A program made the position numbers and the translations under genes. A stretch of DNA of 64,000 nt, from NCBI GenBank assembly GCA_001244265.2, contig CDLV01000004.1, positions 1,240,001-1,304,000 of the forward strand, written 5' to 3'. The notes under the pieces are model-generated. The model saw only the letters and a list, made by a program, of their open reading frames with translations, was not told where the DNA came from and ran no database searches. The stretch's first letter is position 1. Each line of letters starts with the position of its first letter. This DNA comes from Microbotryum violaceum. Taxonomy: Eukaryota. Of this stretch, positions 43,074-56,069 are shown piece by piece.

Positions 43074-46000
43074 AGGACCCCCGAAAGCCCAGCCATAGGC
43101 GGCCCTCTAAAAACGGCCTTTTTCGAGGCAAAATGTCCAAATATGAGGGCCGCCTAGTGTTGAATAATTTCTGAAAACTACTCTACAAGCTCTACAATGC
43201 TCAGAATTTTTTCTGCACTGCGCGCAGACTGCGTTTTCGCGGTGCGCGGGCCGGAAAGGTCGCGCACGCGCACACCAAGAGCGCCGCCAGCGCTCCGCTC
43301 CACACCCGCCCCGCCGCGATCCACTGCCGCGCTTGATGGACCAAGCTCTGACAAAGCTTACCGCCATACGAGCATGAGCCAGGCTGACCTTCATTCTTCA
43401 TCATTGTTAACGCCCTTCGTCTTCGTCTCTGAACGGCCTCCTGGTGCAAGACAAGCAAGGGATGCTGCTCAAATTCCTTTAATGTTCTGCAAAAGCCTGT
43501 ACCGTTTTTCTTGATTGACGGTGATGTGAATTTCCCCTTCATCACGCCAGTTAGATCGTGTGGAGTCCTTGACCTCGTAGTTGATGCTTGACAAGACCGG
43601 TTTGAGCGAATTCATGATACAGCGCCCATCGACTTGACGAATGCGCGTGTTGCCCTGATGAGACAGGTTGGAGTAAACTCCCGGAGCAATGACACGCAGC
43701 TCTTGTATCACGGCATTTACGAAAAGAGCAAGAGAGTCAAGACTTTCAACACTTTCATAAGTTGTGCTTGACTTCTTGTAAATGTTCCTCACTGCAGGGA
43801 AGGTGACAAGTAAAAGGCGCAGTCACGGTGTTAGTCAGTCACGTGAGGTTTCCCCACACAAGTAGTAGTTTGGCATACCTATCCCGATTGCCAGTCGTTC
43901 CCCGCATTGTTCACCCGAAGGCAAACCCATAGGTTCTTCTGGGATTCCATACACGACCAGTGTGTCCACCTTGAGAGGACGGGGTGCAGACACATCACCA
44001 TCAACAGCTCGGACGAGTACGTGGTTCGACATGATCTGACCATAGACCTCTTGTCGTCCTTTCATTTTGTCCTGTAACGTCGGAGTCAAACGTCAGCGCA
44101 GGAAAAGGCACGCCCCAGCTTGGGTCATGATACATCACGAATCAGCGACTAACGTGAGATCGTCCCTCGGTGATGATCGCAGTTGTCGCTTGCTCGTGCA
44201 ACGTCTTCTCCCGGATATTTGCCCCTGAATTGCTGAAGCGAAGGTTCCTCTCGTTCCCTACAAACTGTCGATACCTGTCCATTCCCATCGTCTCGACTAT
44301 CCGTCGAAGTGCGGCAGAATGCACGTTGCCGCGGTGCTCGGTTCGGTCTTGGGCAAAATGTTGATCTGACGCTACGTTCTGCGCGCCACCTTTAAACTTG
44401 ATCTTCCCGAGGTGTCGGCATTGGTGTGCACGTCGTCGAGCGAGCAAGCTGTCCAAGTCGAGTGTGGGGACAGAGTAGAGGGCCCCCTTCTCTAAAAGAT
44501 AACGCGGGTACGGGGGCGCTTCCCACTGGTTGAGAACATGGGTCTGTATCAGTAAATGCATCGATCAACCGAAAATTGTGTTCACTCACGGATTACTCAT
44601 GCTCATGGCATGCTTCGGCAAGGATCGTTTGAAACTGTCGATCTTCTTCTTCTGCATCGGCTTGATCGAAGCCAGCATCAACAGCATCGCTGAGGGTTCA
44701 ATATACGGTTGTTAGTGATCGTTTGTTGCTCTCAAACACCAAGCTACGTACATCAGAGCTTCCTGGTCAATGTCAAGCGCAGTCACCGAAAGAAGCGCGC
44801 TCAAAATCGCGTCGCGTTCCTCGCGTCGCAGAATACACGGTAATGGCTCGGATCCGATAAGACGGAGACGATCGAGGACTTGGTTCAGACCAGCCTCGTC
44901 CACGTTCGGAGGGACACCTTGGCGAACGGTCGATGTTGCCTCATCTATCGAGAGCAAGTTAAACGACCTGTAAGTGTCATGTCACTCGCACAAGATGAGA
45001 TAAGTGAAAATGACTGAGACTTAACCATCGACCAGGATGTCAGGGAGAGGAGCTTGCTTGCGTTTCTCGATGTCCCGTTCCTCGATGATGTCCCACATGC
45101 GGTCCTTTGAGAATGTCGCTTGCCGCAAGCGCAGCTTTAACAGCGATGGCCTCGATGTCGCCATCGCCCGGATAGGTACCGAGCGCAGTCAAATTGAGGT
45201 TGTGCAGGTTTTGGTAGGTGTGATGGTAACCCTGCGCGGAGCCAGCCGCATCTGTGCCAAGTTGATGCATCACACGCTGTAGTACCTCGACTTTGGCATA
45301 TGACTGAGGAAATGAAAGCCATAGATAGGTTCAGTCTTGCAAGTGATTTGTCAAGGAGGAAGACGTACTTGGAGGAAGTCCAGAGCATCAAACTCCTTCA
45401 CAATCTTGCGCCATGTTCCAAAGAAGTGTTCGACCATCTCGGTCCCTTGTCTCCAGGGAATAAACGCCTCCTGCGGCCAATAGTTCCGATAATTCCGAAC
45501 AATTGCTATGTAGCCCTCGACCACTCGATAGATGCCATCCAGTGTCTGAGGACTGAGGAAGTTGTTGGGAGAACTGCGCGGTTGGGACTCCGCGAATTTC
45601 GTCCATCCCTCCAGGGCATAACGAACGGTCAAGAGCATAAGAACCCGTTCAGCATGTGGTAGCTCGCGATTTTGAATTGCGCCGTGCATCTCGCCAAAAA
45701 GGAAGAGTATGATGACCCCTTCTTGATCTATCTTGCCAACACGCGCGAGCCGTATGACAGTGTCAAGTGTCTCAAAACCAAAGGCTCGATGTGTCGCATT
45801 GTCGTCTTGTCGATCGCGGCGAAGCACATCTCGTCTATACAAAGTACGAAGTTCCGTAGGCAGTGTCGTATCAACTAACTTCAGGAGATCCCGAAAAGTG
45901 AAGCATCCCATGCCGCCAATGATGCAACGCGCACCTGTGTCGAGGGCGTTTCGACAATCCTTGGCGACGTGTTTCTCATCGCGGCAGAAGACGACGGGTG

Positions 46001-49000
46001 TGCCCCCCATTAGCGCCGATCTGATGACGATTGCGGAGAAGATGTCGTTGCTCTGTGGACGAGGTAGGATGTATGTGCACGATACCGGTGATGGTTCAAT
46101 CTCGTTCAAGCGCTCCATTGTCTTGCGTTGAATAACGCCTTCTGTTGCGGCCCCATCGGCGGAGATTGATACCAGCAAGTGTGCCACTCCGAAATTCACG
46201 AGGAGCTCAAGCAAGCCACCGAGCTCCTCCGCGGCGGCAGTGGTGTCAGTCTTCTCGCCGATCACAAAAGCCGCAAGGAGTTTTGCTGTCGAGCCGACCG
46301 CGTTTGAAGCTATCATGTACGTGCGCACCTAGAAGACGTGCCGAAGAAACTAGTCGGCCTTCAGTTCACGACGCACAGTTAAATCACGCAGAACATACCT
46401 TGGTGCCCGCAATTGGGGGATCATCGGAGTTGAAGATCGCCTGTAGCTCTTCTTGAGTTGAATAGGTGATTGAACCTCCTTCGACCCCAATCACAGTGTG
46501 CCGTTCTTCGGACGTGAAGTTGTCATAGATTGGGGTGGTCCGAATCCGGGGTCTCAAACAAGTATCGTCCACATGGAGGTTGAATGTTGCAGCGCCGGCC
46601 GAGATTTCACTGGCAACAGCAGCAATGTGTTCAAGGTCCTGTCCAAATCGTAGTTTGTGTACCGTGTTCCGAACTTGTCTGTGATACGAGCAATCGAGGC
46701 AGGCGATGTACGAATTCAGTAACCTGGCTCACAGCAGACAACAACATCAGCCCATTGTACAACTCACTGAAGCTTCCGATTTGATGACGCGCCGATAGAC
46801 ATTTGCAGGACTCGCAGGGCGGCAGGCGATGCCATTGCAATGGCTTGCTCAAATTTGACCAAAGCTTGGGTTCGCACAAATCCACGCATTGTCTTGCCGG
46901 CATCTGTTCGTTCGCTCTTGGTAACCGCAGCACGGATCATGCCATCCATAATGGCGTGGCCTTGCAATTGGCCGGACGCCATCTTCTGCGCAAATCGGAG
47001 GAACAGGCTTGGCTTGTCGTGCGAGTTAAAGAGTTCCTCCAGACCATTGCACCGTCGATATATCGACGTGACGAGCGTGTCCCCAGCGCAGAACCTCTTG
47101 TTGGTGAACCTCTGCGTCTCCGTGGGCGCCGCTTTATAACGAAGAACCGCTGTAAAGAGACAATTGCCGGCTACCTTGAGGCATTCCTTACAAGGATTGG
47201 CCCGTAGTCCACTGGTTGGGCTGTATCCTGCTGCTCCCAGACATATCCTGCTCTTGACGCATTGCAAGACATGGTCGTTACGCCATTCTAGAACGTCCCT
47301 CTCGTGAAGATTCACCTGCGTCCCCTCGTCCTTGTCAAGTAGGATATTTTTCTCAACTTTTTTGGCTGGGTACACCTGTATGATGAGATCCCTTCGTCTT
47401 GAGGCACCACCTCCTGGAGCGGATGTGCGCGTTAGGTAATCCAGACAAGTGGGAGTTGTAAGACTTGGGCAAGGCGTGATGGCGTCAGGAGTCTTCGCCC
47501 ATGTCGGGAAATCGGAAACCTTGGGTAGTAACCCAGTGATGCGGGGATTCAAACGGTTGGTGCGGCAGCTGGCTCCTTTGAGGTGGTCTCTGAATCGAGA
47601 CGGTTGGAACCTCCCTTTGACCCTGATGTGCTTGCGGCAAGCACCACAGATTACGACGCGCAGGTTGGTACTGGAGACTTTTGAGCCCGGACATGCCTCT
47701 TCGATCTCGCGGGTATACCGAGTCAACTTCTCTTGAAGCTCCAGCGCCTTTGCCGCGTCGTCCATTGCGCTTTGCGTGCGGGCTTTCGATCGCGAACCTC
47801 TTTTTTCTCGCATCTCGGATTCATCGACGGGGTGCTTGGGAGGCCTGACTACAACCGGCATCGTTGGTGTTCCAAACAGCCTTGACCAATCTCCACGAAG
47901 CTTTGCCACAGGTGCAGAAGCTACAGTCGGCGGTAGTGGGATTGATGGCTGTGCTCGTAAAGGACGACACGGAAGTGCAGCATCAAATGCAGTATTCGCC
48001 GTGTTACCGAAAACACTTGACCAGTCCGCGCGAAGGTTCCGCGCTGCAACTACAGCTGCGGCATTCGACGGTGGCGTTGACGGTGACGCTGATGGCGATG
48101 TAGGAGGTGACGGAGACGACGAAGTTGAAGCTCGCAACGAAGGCAGAGGGGGGAACTGATCGGCTGTCGAGTCAATGGAATGCGACATAATCACGTCTTT
48201 GTCATCAAGTTCCGAGGCGTTGCCTTGATCACTCTCCAAGACGTCCAGGGAGTACATTTCGATATCACCGTCATCATTCTCGTCCGCTTCTTGGAGTATT
48301 TGCTGAGCGATCCGATCGAATTGGCGAAGACGCAGCATCTTTGAGTGCCGAGGGTCAAAGGGCTCAAGTCGGAGCAGTTCTTCCTCTACCACACTGATGC
48401 ATGCAGGACCGCACGAGTGAGAATCGCCTTGGACGGCGATCGGTAGAACTTGAAAGCTTTTGTGTTTGAGTGCGATCCCGAGGTAGGCGATGAGATCGAG
48501 TACTCCAGTAACGAGATCGGAAGCTGGCGGCAGGCTGGGCATCGAGTTGGCCAGACTCCAGGCTTGCTGTTTTGCGTCGATGCGGACGAGATACCAATGC
48601 TCCTTTTGGCAAATGGGAACGAAGCAGATGATATCGTTGTCCCTTTCGATGAGTCGGCGCAGATCCGACAGCGAGGCAAGCCCCAAATGATGCAGTTCGT
48701 CAAATTTGACATTGTCAAGATGCTCGATCCGCGCTCCTCGTCGGTTCAACCTGATGGCATCGGAAAAGAACCAGGCGGGCAAGGCAACGAATCGAAGAGA
48801 CGATGGTGCTGATGCTAGGACGCTCTCGAGCATCCAATCCATGTGTGTTTCGGAGTACCAGGCGGAGCCTGCAGACACACGCAAGAATCTACCCACATCA
48901 GTATCCAAGATCGACTCATGAATGAGCCCAGAGGATGCAAACTCACTGAGGATCTGTAGAAAGTCTTGGAGGCGTGTAGATCGACCTCGAAGATTGACGC

Positions 49001-49828
49001 GGTCGACAGCTGTCCAACGTATGCGAGTGAGGTGATGACGAGCACTCGCAAGCTCACGCTCCCGAATCGCGTCGGCGTTAGCTAATCGAGGAATCCATTC
49101 TTGAATGTTGTGGATGATATATCGATTTTTTTCTGCCTTGTCGAGATGGGCCCATAACGCCGAGGCATTGAGAGGAAGGCGCATTGACCGACGACCCCGA
49201 TACGGCGAATGCGATAGATCGATAGCCATCGAGATAAGCCAAGGATAGAAAGCTTTGATCGGAAAACTTTCCGATAGATTGCTTCAAGGGGCGTGGCAGC
49301 GCGTCAAAATGTCGAGGGTCATCTTTCGATAGAGCAAGTCGGAGAGAAGCGTCGGGCGCAGGTAGGTCGTACGCGAGTAGGTCAACGAGGCGTAGGTCGG
49401 CAACAGGGCTCAAGATTGCAAATTCCTCGGAGGTGAGAGCAAAGTTCGGTTCGATATTAATGATCACAGGCATTTTGAACACCTTTGTAGACACGTTTGT
49501 AGAGTATAGAGTGCCAGTGATTGTTTGCCACGACCGCGGTCGGTGGCGTGTCGCGCGAGTCAAACTGAAATGGACTCGAATAGGATTCCAGGATCGATCG
49601 CAAATGCAGCACTTACCAACGCGCTCAAATCGCAAACAGCGCGACGGTTACCCGCGCGCAGCTAGGCCGGCTATATGCCCGGCGCCTCCAGCCTCCCGCT
49701 ACCCTGGTCTGCGCTTCAAAGTTCGACCGGAGGGAGGAAATGTCCAAAAATGAGGTGAGCCTCGACCCATTTTGATCCAAAAATGTCCAAATTTGCGGGC
49801 CGCCTCTGGCTGGGCTTTCGGGGGTCCT
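43074..49828 (-). mobile_element. TIR DNA transposon, P-element-like, carrying a Ulp1-type protease domain
   Basis: 32-bp TIRs AGGACCCCCGAAAGCCCAGCCA(T/G)AGGCGGCCC at 43074-43105 and 49797-49828 (1 mismatch), enclosing one long spliced gene. No TSD recognised. Confidence 0.85.
43469..49473 (-). CDS. Multi-exon Ulp1/C48 protease - Cys/His-rich region - P-like DDE transposase (two apparent 1-bp frameshifts)
   Basis: FVPICQKEHWYLVRID..ANS..QGDSHSCG protease. CGAC..H..C and PCKEC motifs. LHVDDT (~46565), SADG (~46155), DEKHVAKDCRN (~45975), RQDDNATHRAF, TEMVEHFFGTWR (~45425) resemble P transposase DxxH and EHFFG motifs. Frameshifts near 49195 and 45105. Confidence 0.72.
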
Positions 49829-49989
49829 GGCTCGTGCACGAAAGCGTTCAACATCTTGATGTCCTTTGGAAGAAAAAAGTGGATAACAACAGTTCAAAAA
49901 GGAAACTACAAAAGCCAAATAATAAAACAAATATGCTTGGATCTACTGGTCTACAGATCTTGAATAACCCCTCTAATAAAAACCTCGAC

Positions 49990-52320
49990 CTAACTCCGAC
50001 CCGCTGAAGATGATCGCCAAGTTTGCTGAACCCCTTCCTCCAAATCATTCCGACCACCACCACCACCACCACCACCACTAGCCAATCCCATCGATCCCGG
50101 TGAATGAGCCAATAAATACTGCGTTCCCCCTAGAGTCAAACTCAATTTCCGACTCGCTTGTTTGAGCGTTTTGGTGGGGGAATGGCCTAGACTTCCGAAT
50201 CGACTTGTGCTCGTGAGCGAAGAAGGGTCTATGATGGAGGGTACTTCGAGGGATATAGGATGGGGAAAGTCGAACAGCGTGGAGGGGGTGTGGGTTTGTG
50301 TTGCGTAAGAGGTGTCCGGGTAGGTCGAGTGGGATTTGCCTTCCTCAGAGTGGTTCTCTTCGGAGGGTGCATCACCGGTCAAGAGGTAAACGCCTGGCAC
50401 AAAGCCAGACATTGAAGGACCGCTTAGCTTCTCTTCATCGCCTTTTTATCCACGCGATAACTCACCTGCACCACAAATCACACACCCAAAGATAAAGTTG
50501 AAGAAGGAAGAGAGGTCGACGTCGTCGAATTCTCGATAGAGCACCGCCGAGCCAACTGGTACCAGATACGATGATATGAATACTCAGTGAAGCGCTCCCG
50601 CCACGCTGAGAGGGATGAGAAACCTACCGATAGTCGACAAAGCGAACGAGGTGAATTGGATAGGGATCACGACCCTCGAGTCGAACCTACGAGCGCACGA
50701 AAAGCTTGCTGATCAGCGATAACCTTTCTAGGGAAAAAGTTGTGGCAAAGCGTACCTCTGCAAGGCCTTGTTGATAAAGTTGATCTGCAACATCGCCGAA
50801 CCAGCCAAGACGAGGAGAAGGGGATAGGTGACCCAATATTCGAACGTTTGCAGAAAGAGGATGTTGAGGAACGACGAGATCGCTTTCGTCGACAAGACGG
50901 TAAAGGCACCCTAGAGGAATAATCAGAATTTCAGCCCTAGACCCAGTGAGCTGGGATGAAAATTTTGGAGAAAGTCCTTACAGACAGAGCACAAATCCCC
51001 AGATCGATGATGACGTATCGATCGCCGTATTTTGATCTGGACAGACAGACAAGCACAGCGATCGCGGCGATGGAGGCGATCGAGTAGGCGAGGAAGAGAG
51101 GCGTCGAGATCGCAGCGACCATCTCGGGCGGGTAGAGCTTTAAAGGGGTGGGGGTTCGGATTTCAGCGGGAGCTTCAAGTCGAATCGGTCGAGGATCTGC
51201 AGCTCACAAGTTTATCCTGGGCCTTGGAGGCCCATACGATCGTGACGGCGCCCATGGCCGCTAGCGCGCAACCAAAGAGGTCAAGTTTTCGAAAGGGCTG
51301 CGAAGATTTCGCTGGTGGCCCGATCAGGGAAGACCTGACATCAAGTGGTCCAAAGGAGAGGAACGGACCTCTCCACAAATCAACGGTGCCAGACCAACGT
51401 TTGCTACCAGAGCCACCGAGCCCAACTGTGTGCGTCTACCAGCCACTCGATCAGCCCCAAGACGTCCCCATTTGAAGATGGAAGAATTGGCCGGGGGTTA
51501 CGCACCGGAGCCACCAACGAGGCGGGGGCGAACGAATAACTCAAAAAGTTGCCAAACTCGCCCAGGGCCAATAAGGAAAAGCCGAGGAGCCATAGGGGTG
51601 ATTTGATGAACTCCTTGTCCGTACGAGGTTGGTGAACGGAGTCGGGGCGGTGATCCTCGTCGGGGTCCGGCTGCTCGGCGTGGTTGGATCGAGTTTGGCT
51701 CACGGTACCATAGCTTTGAGACCGATTGCCGTTAAAATAGATGGTCCGGGACGAGTGTTTGCAGAGTTTTTTGGTCGGTCTCTTAGGTGGACCTGCGGCT
51801 AGGGAGGGGGAAGCTTGATCGGGTCTAGGCAAGAGGTGAAGGTTCGGAGGCACGTCGCTGATCTCGGGATCGGAGATGGACCGCTCGAGTTGGGTCGGTG
51901 GGAGTAGCTCGGAAAGCAAGTGGGTGTGCTCGCCGATGGTGTTGGAGGTTGAAATTGTTTGTTGGTGGTCCTGGTCGGGTTTGTTGGGGGGAGAGGGGGG
52001 AGAGGAAGGTTCAGAGTGGTTTGAATGACCACGTTCGAGTCGGGTATGAGCCAGTCTGCGAGGTGGAATCCAGGTCAGTGAGCAGCACATCGGATTTAAG
52101 AGTTTCTGAACTGGCTCACTTTTGAACATTCAACGCCAGCGAAACACATGTATTCCCTGCGCGACGACCCCACACGAATCAGCTATTCGCTGTCCCAAGT
52201 ACGGTCGGAGATGTATGTGTAGTACTGACCCGCAACACAGATCGCGACACCAATCAAGGTGGACGTCCCTTGGGAGACCGTCCCTTCTCTCCAAGCGAGC
52301 ACGAACGCAGCTTGCAACAT
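49990..52320 (-). CDS. NIPA/DUF803 family Mg2+ transporter-like membrane protein, multi-exon
   Basis: IGVAICVAG/NTCISLALNVQK, KSPLWLLGFSLLALGEFGNFLSYSFAPASLVAP, IIDLGICAL, LQINFINKALQ. Confidence 0.85.
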
Positions 52321-52559
52321 CGGCCTCGACGGGTGAGCGACCTGTGAGGACACATCGGAGCGAAACTGCGTTCGGTGTCACGTCGATCGGCGTCCCCAAG
52401 CGGCGCGTGGGACTAATCCGCAATTACTCTCTCAACTACTCGGCGCAGTTGCTGTTAGTACAAATCCTAATCGCGCATGATCAAAGTGGTAGCTTCACTC
52501 GGCACCGGACACTACTCGACTCATTCGACAAAGAGTGTTCTTCGAGGCCAGAAAACACC

Positions 52560-53919
52560 ATGGCCGCCGCTGCAACACCTTCCACATCAGCTAGTGAATC
52601 CAATTTCCGTCAAGGATTATCAGGATGTAAGTCCCCTCCCTTTGTATCGTCTACCGTCCGAGCCCCTCTACATCACACACTGACAACGCTCTCCTTCCCC
52701 CCTGCTCGCGTTCAGTCGCTTGGGCACGACCAGGTGCAGTCATCGACGACTCGCAAAACTCGACCGCGCCGACCAACTTTTTCACAAGATGGACTTCCTC
52801 CATTTCCGGTGCCATTCCCGTCCGATCGGGCGAACGCACGAACGAGGAAGAGGCGTCAGTGAACCCCACTCATCGCCTGATCCAAGTGTCAGCTTGCGAC
52901 GAACGAGCTAACGACGTTCCCAAACAGCTACTTTGCCTTGTCGAGATGGGAGCGCTTCTTGGCTTTCTTGCTCTGCACGGGAGGAGCGGCGTTGTGCTTC
53001 TTCATCGCGTTCTTTATCGGCTTGCCCTTGCTCGCTTTGAAACCGAGGAAATTCGCCGTCAGTTTTTTGAACTCTTTGAACTGCCGAGTTCCTGTCGAGC
53101 TTGAGCGCGAGCACATACTCGCCGAATCTTATACCGATCTTATACCGATCTTACACCTCCAGGTCTCGTTCTCCTTGGGCAGTGCAAGTCCAACCGTCGA
53201 AAGCTGGGCTCGAGCCGAGCCTTGAATCTCCGAGCTGAGCTGACCTCTAACCCCCTCCTCCCCTCCTCCCCTCCTCCCCTCCTCTCGACCAAAAACAGAT
53301 CCTCTTTATGGTCGGGTAAGCTCCACTCTCTACTACATCACGCCGTGCCAAAAAGACTCACCCCATTGGGATTCGCACCTACCCTAGCTTCGCGATCCAA
53401 CAAGGCCCTTTGGCGCACCTCATACACATTTGCACCGCCGAACGACTCCCCTTCACAGGAGCCTATTTCGGTTCCTTGTTCTTGACTCTATATTTCGCCA
53501 TAGGAGTTAGTCCAAACACCTCTTGGGGGAGACAAGTAATTCAAACCTTCGTTTGACTGAATCTTGTGCTCGACTCCGTACCGCCCCAATAGAGACAAGC
53601 CTATCTCCCGACCCTAATTTTCGCGATCGTGCAATGCGTCGCCCTCGTTTCTTACTTTATCGCTTATTTCCCGTACGTCCCCCCCCCGAAGCCCGAAAAT
53701 TCTTAAAAAAATGGTCTACTACTTTCTTTCAAGTGCATTATTCGAAGGCTGAAGTTTGCTTTTTGGCGTGAACAGGGGAGGGATGCAAACACTACAATTC
53801 GGTTCGAGGATGGCGTTAAGAGGGGCCGGCTCGGTCAGTTTGCTTGCCCATCCATACTTACCCGAGGCGAGATTTGACTTTCTTTTTCTTTTTCGGAGTG
53901 TTAGTTGTTACCCGTATGA
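52560..53919 (+). CDS. SFT2: Got1/Sft2-family vesicle transport protein, multi-exon
   Basis: YFALSRWERFLAFLLC, LKPRKFAV, SFSLGS, YFP/GGMQTL, terminal microexon LLPV*. Confidence 0.88.
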
Positions 53920-54193
53920 AAAAGATGGGATACGCCAGAGTCAAAGAGAGAGAGGTCTCAATTCGGGATCCGCGAGGTAATGAGAGTTGCTCTCAGGAAT
54001 CATGGTAGGGCTAGGGTTCGATTGGGTGTACATCCTCTTTTTCGACCCTTTTTTTTTTTTTTTCCTCCAAATCTTGTACAAAGAATATAATCGAACCCCA
54101 CACACACACCCTTACCTAAGCCCAGCTCGGTTTCGTTGGAGAAGAAACTCGGGCCCATTAAGGAGGTAAGAACCCCGCCTTCGGGGAAGCTTA

Positions 54194-55786
54194 CTAAACC
54201 CCTCCAGCGCCCATGAGGTTCATCAACTGATCATAAACCGTGAAGACGATCCCACCACTCAATACCAACCTCATCAAACGAGGTGTCGCACCCTTCCAAA
54301 ATCGAAACAAACCTTCCTCGGCGAAAATTCGAGCGGCGCAGTGGAACGAATTGCGGTATTCGGTTCGAGCTGAGAGGGATTGCATTCGGGTTTTGATAAC
54401 GCTGATTTTTTGGATCGTTAGACCGGCACGTGAGTTGGTGTTGATGTGGGTGGACGGGACCAGAGAGCTTGGACTTACTCTAATGGCATGGTCGTGTAAA
54501 CGGTGATCACTCCAGCGACCGCACCGATCCCAAAGGTGATTCCGGCAGGTAATGTTTCCGCCGGTCGGGCGTTACCAGAGACGAAGGACTGTTGAGCAGA
54601 AATCACGGAGAATTGAAGTTAGAGAGATTGGGTCGGGGTTCGGTATCAAGGGGGAGAGTAGAGCGTACTTTGAGAGTGGAGAAACTGGTGAATCGGACTG
54701 CCGAGTTGGCACCTTGCCTTGCGGCCTGAGGCAAGGAGAGAATTAGTGAATGGGGACAAACTGATACCGATCTTCGGTTCCGGTGACGTACGACCGGTCC
54801 CAATCCCCTGTAAATGCCACCAATACCTTCCTCCCTGACGATCGCCATCGTACCCTGGATCAAACCCGTGTATCTCGGCTGGGCGCGTTTTTGGTCGTCG
54901 ATCAATTTGGTCCTGAAGTGATCAAATCACAGGTGGTGAGTTGTGGGCTCGGAATAAGTTTCTCGTGGCGTGGAGACTGACTTTATGGTCTCGGAGGGGG
55001 TGACGGCAAACACGGCTTCGCACATGCCTGCTCCTAATCCAGCTATTTTTGTGGAACAGGTGAGCCTTTGTGTATGATCCCAGAAGTAGAGACTGGTGAT
55101 CCGAACCTACCCAACAACGACCTCGGCCCGCTCAACTTGCCCTATTCGCAAAAGAAGTAACCGATCTCCAATCAGCTCAAACCATCGCCACCAACAGATA
55201 TCCCAATGATGAACTGACCTCCCTATCGACCAACATCTTTTTGAACTTGTCATAACTGAAAAAGCGCACGCCAGCCTTGAGTGAGTTACCGGCGACCAAA
55301 GCGCCGACACCGGAGTAGAATCCTCGGATCCCGTGGCGCGCGTAGGTATTCTTCGCGATACCAATGATGCCTGGTGGCTGCTGGAGGGGAGGATGGGGTA
55401 TGGAGCTTAGATCGTGATGGTTTACGTGGTTTGGGAGGGGTCTGGGTGGGCTTTTGAAACTCGCCTTTGATCCGTCCTTGAGTTTTTGAGCGAATTGAGC
55501 TTCCGTCTTGAGGACTGGGACGCGACATCACATGGAGCATGAGTGCAGTACGTCCAGGATTTAGGCCAAATACCGCACGCACACTCGAAAGGATAAGTCA
55601 TGGCGCCTTCAACCGCTCCGGCCGTCGCACCCGCGAGCAAAGCCAATGCCGGGTTCTCCTTCTGTGAACCTCACGCACGACCCACATGCAATCCAGGCAT
55701 CAGCAACGTCGCGCCGGTGGTGGTGGTGTTGTCAACGCGTCGTGGGAACTAACCTTTGTTGGCTTGGCGGTTGAGGTCGAAGCCAT
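54194..55786 (-). CDS. CTP1: Mitochondrial citrate/tricarboxylate carrier, multi-exon
   Basis: AGAVEGAMTYPFE, AVTPSETIK, RQGANSAVRFT, FWKGATPRLMRLVLSGGIVFTVY. Confidence 0.9.
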
Positions 55787-56069
55787 GGCTGGAACGCTGG
55801 GAGTTGAGGCCGGGGGTAGAGCAGAGCGAGGATCGGTGACGCGCTCACGTGCAACTCGAACCTCCGCGGCCTATTTCCGATTTGATCGAGTGGGAACACA
55901 GCATTAGGGATCGCTCGATTGACCCCTGGACCGAATTGCAAGTGTGGGGGGTGGTGTCGTGTTCCCTTTTGCTCTTCTCCAACCTACGCTCTCTCTCTCT
56001 CTCTCTCTCTCTGAGCGCGATCCCCCGACCCCTAGCATCAACTAGATCAATGAACTCATCATCCTCACC

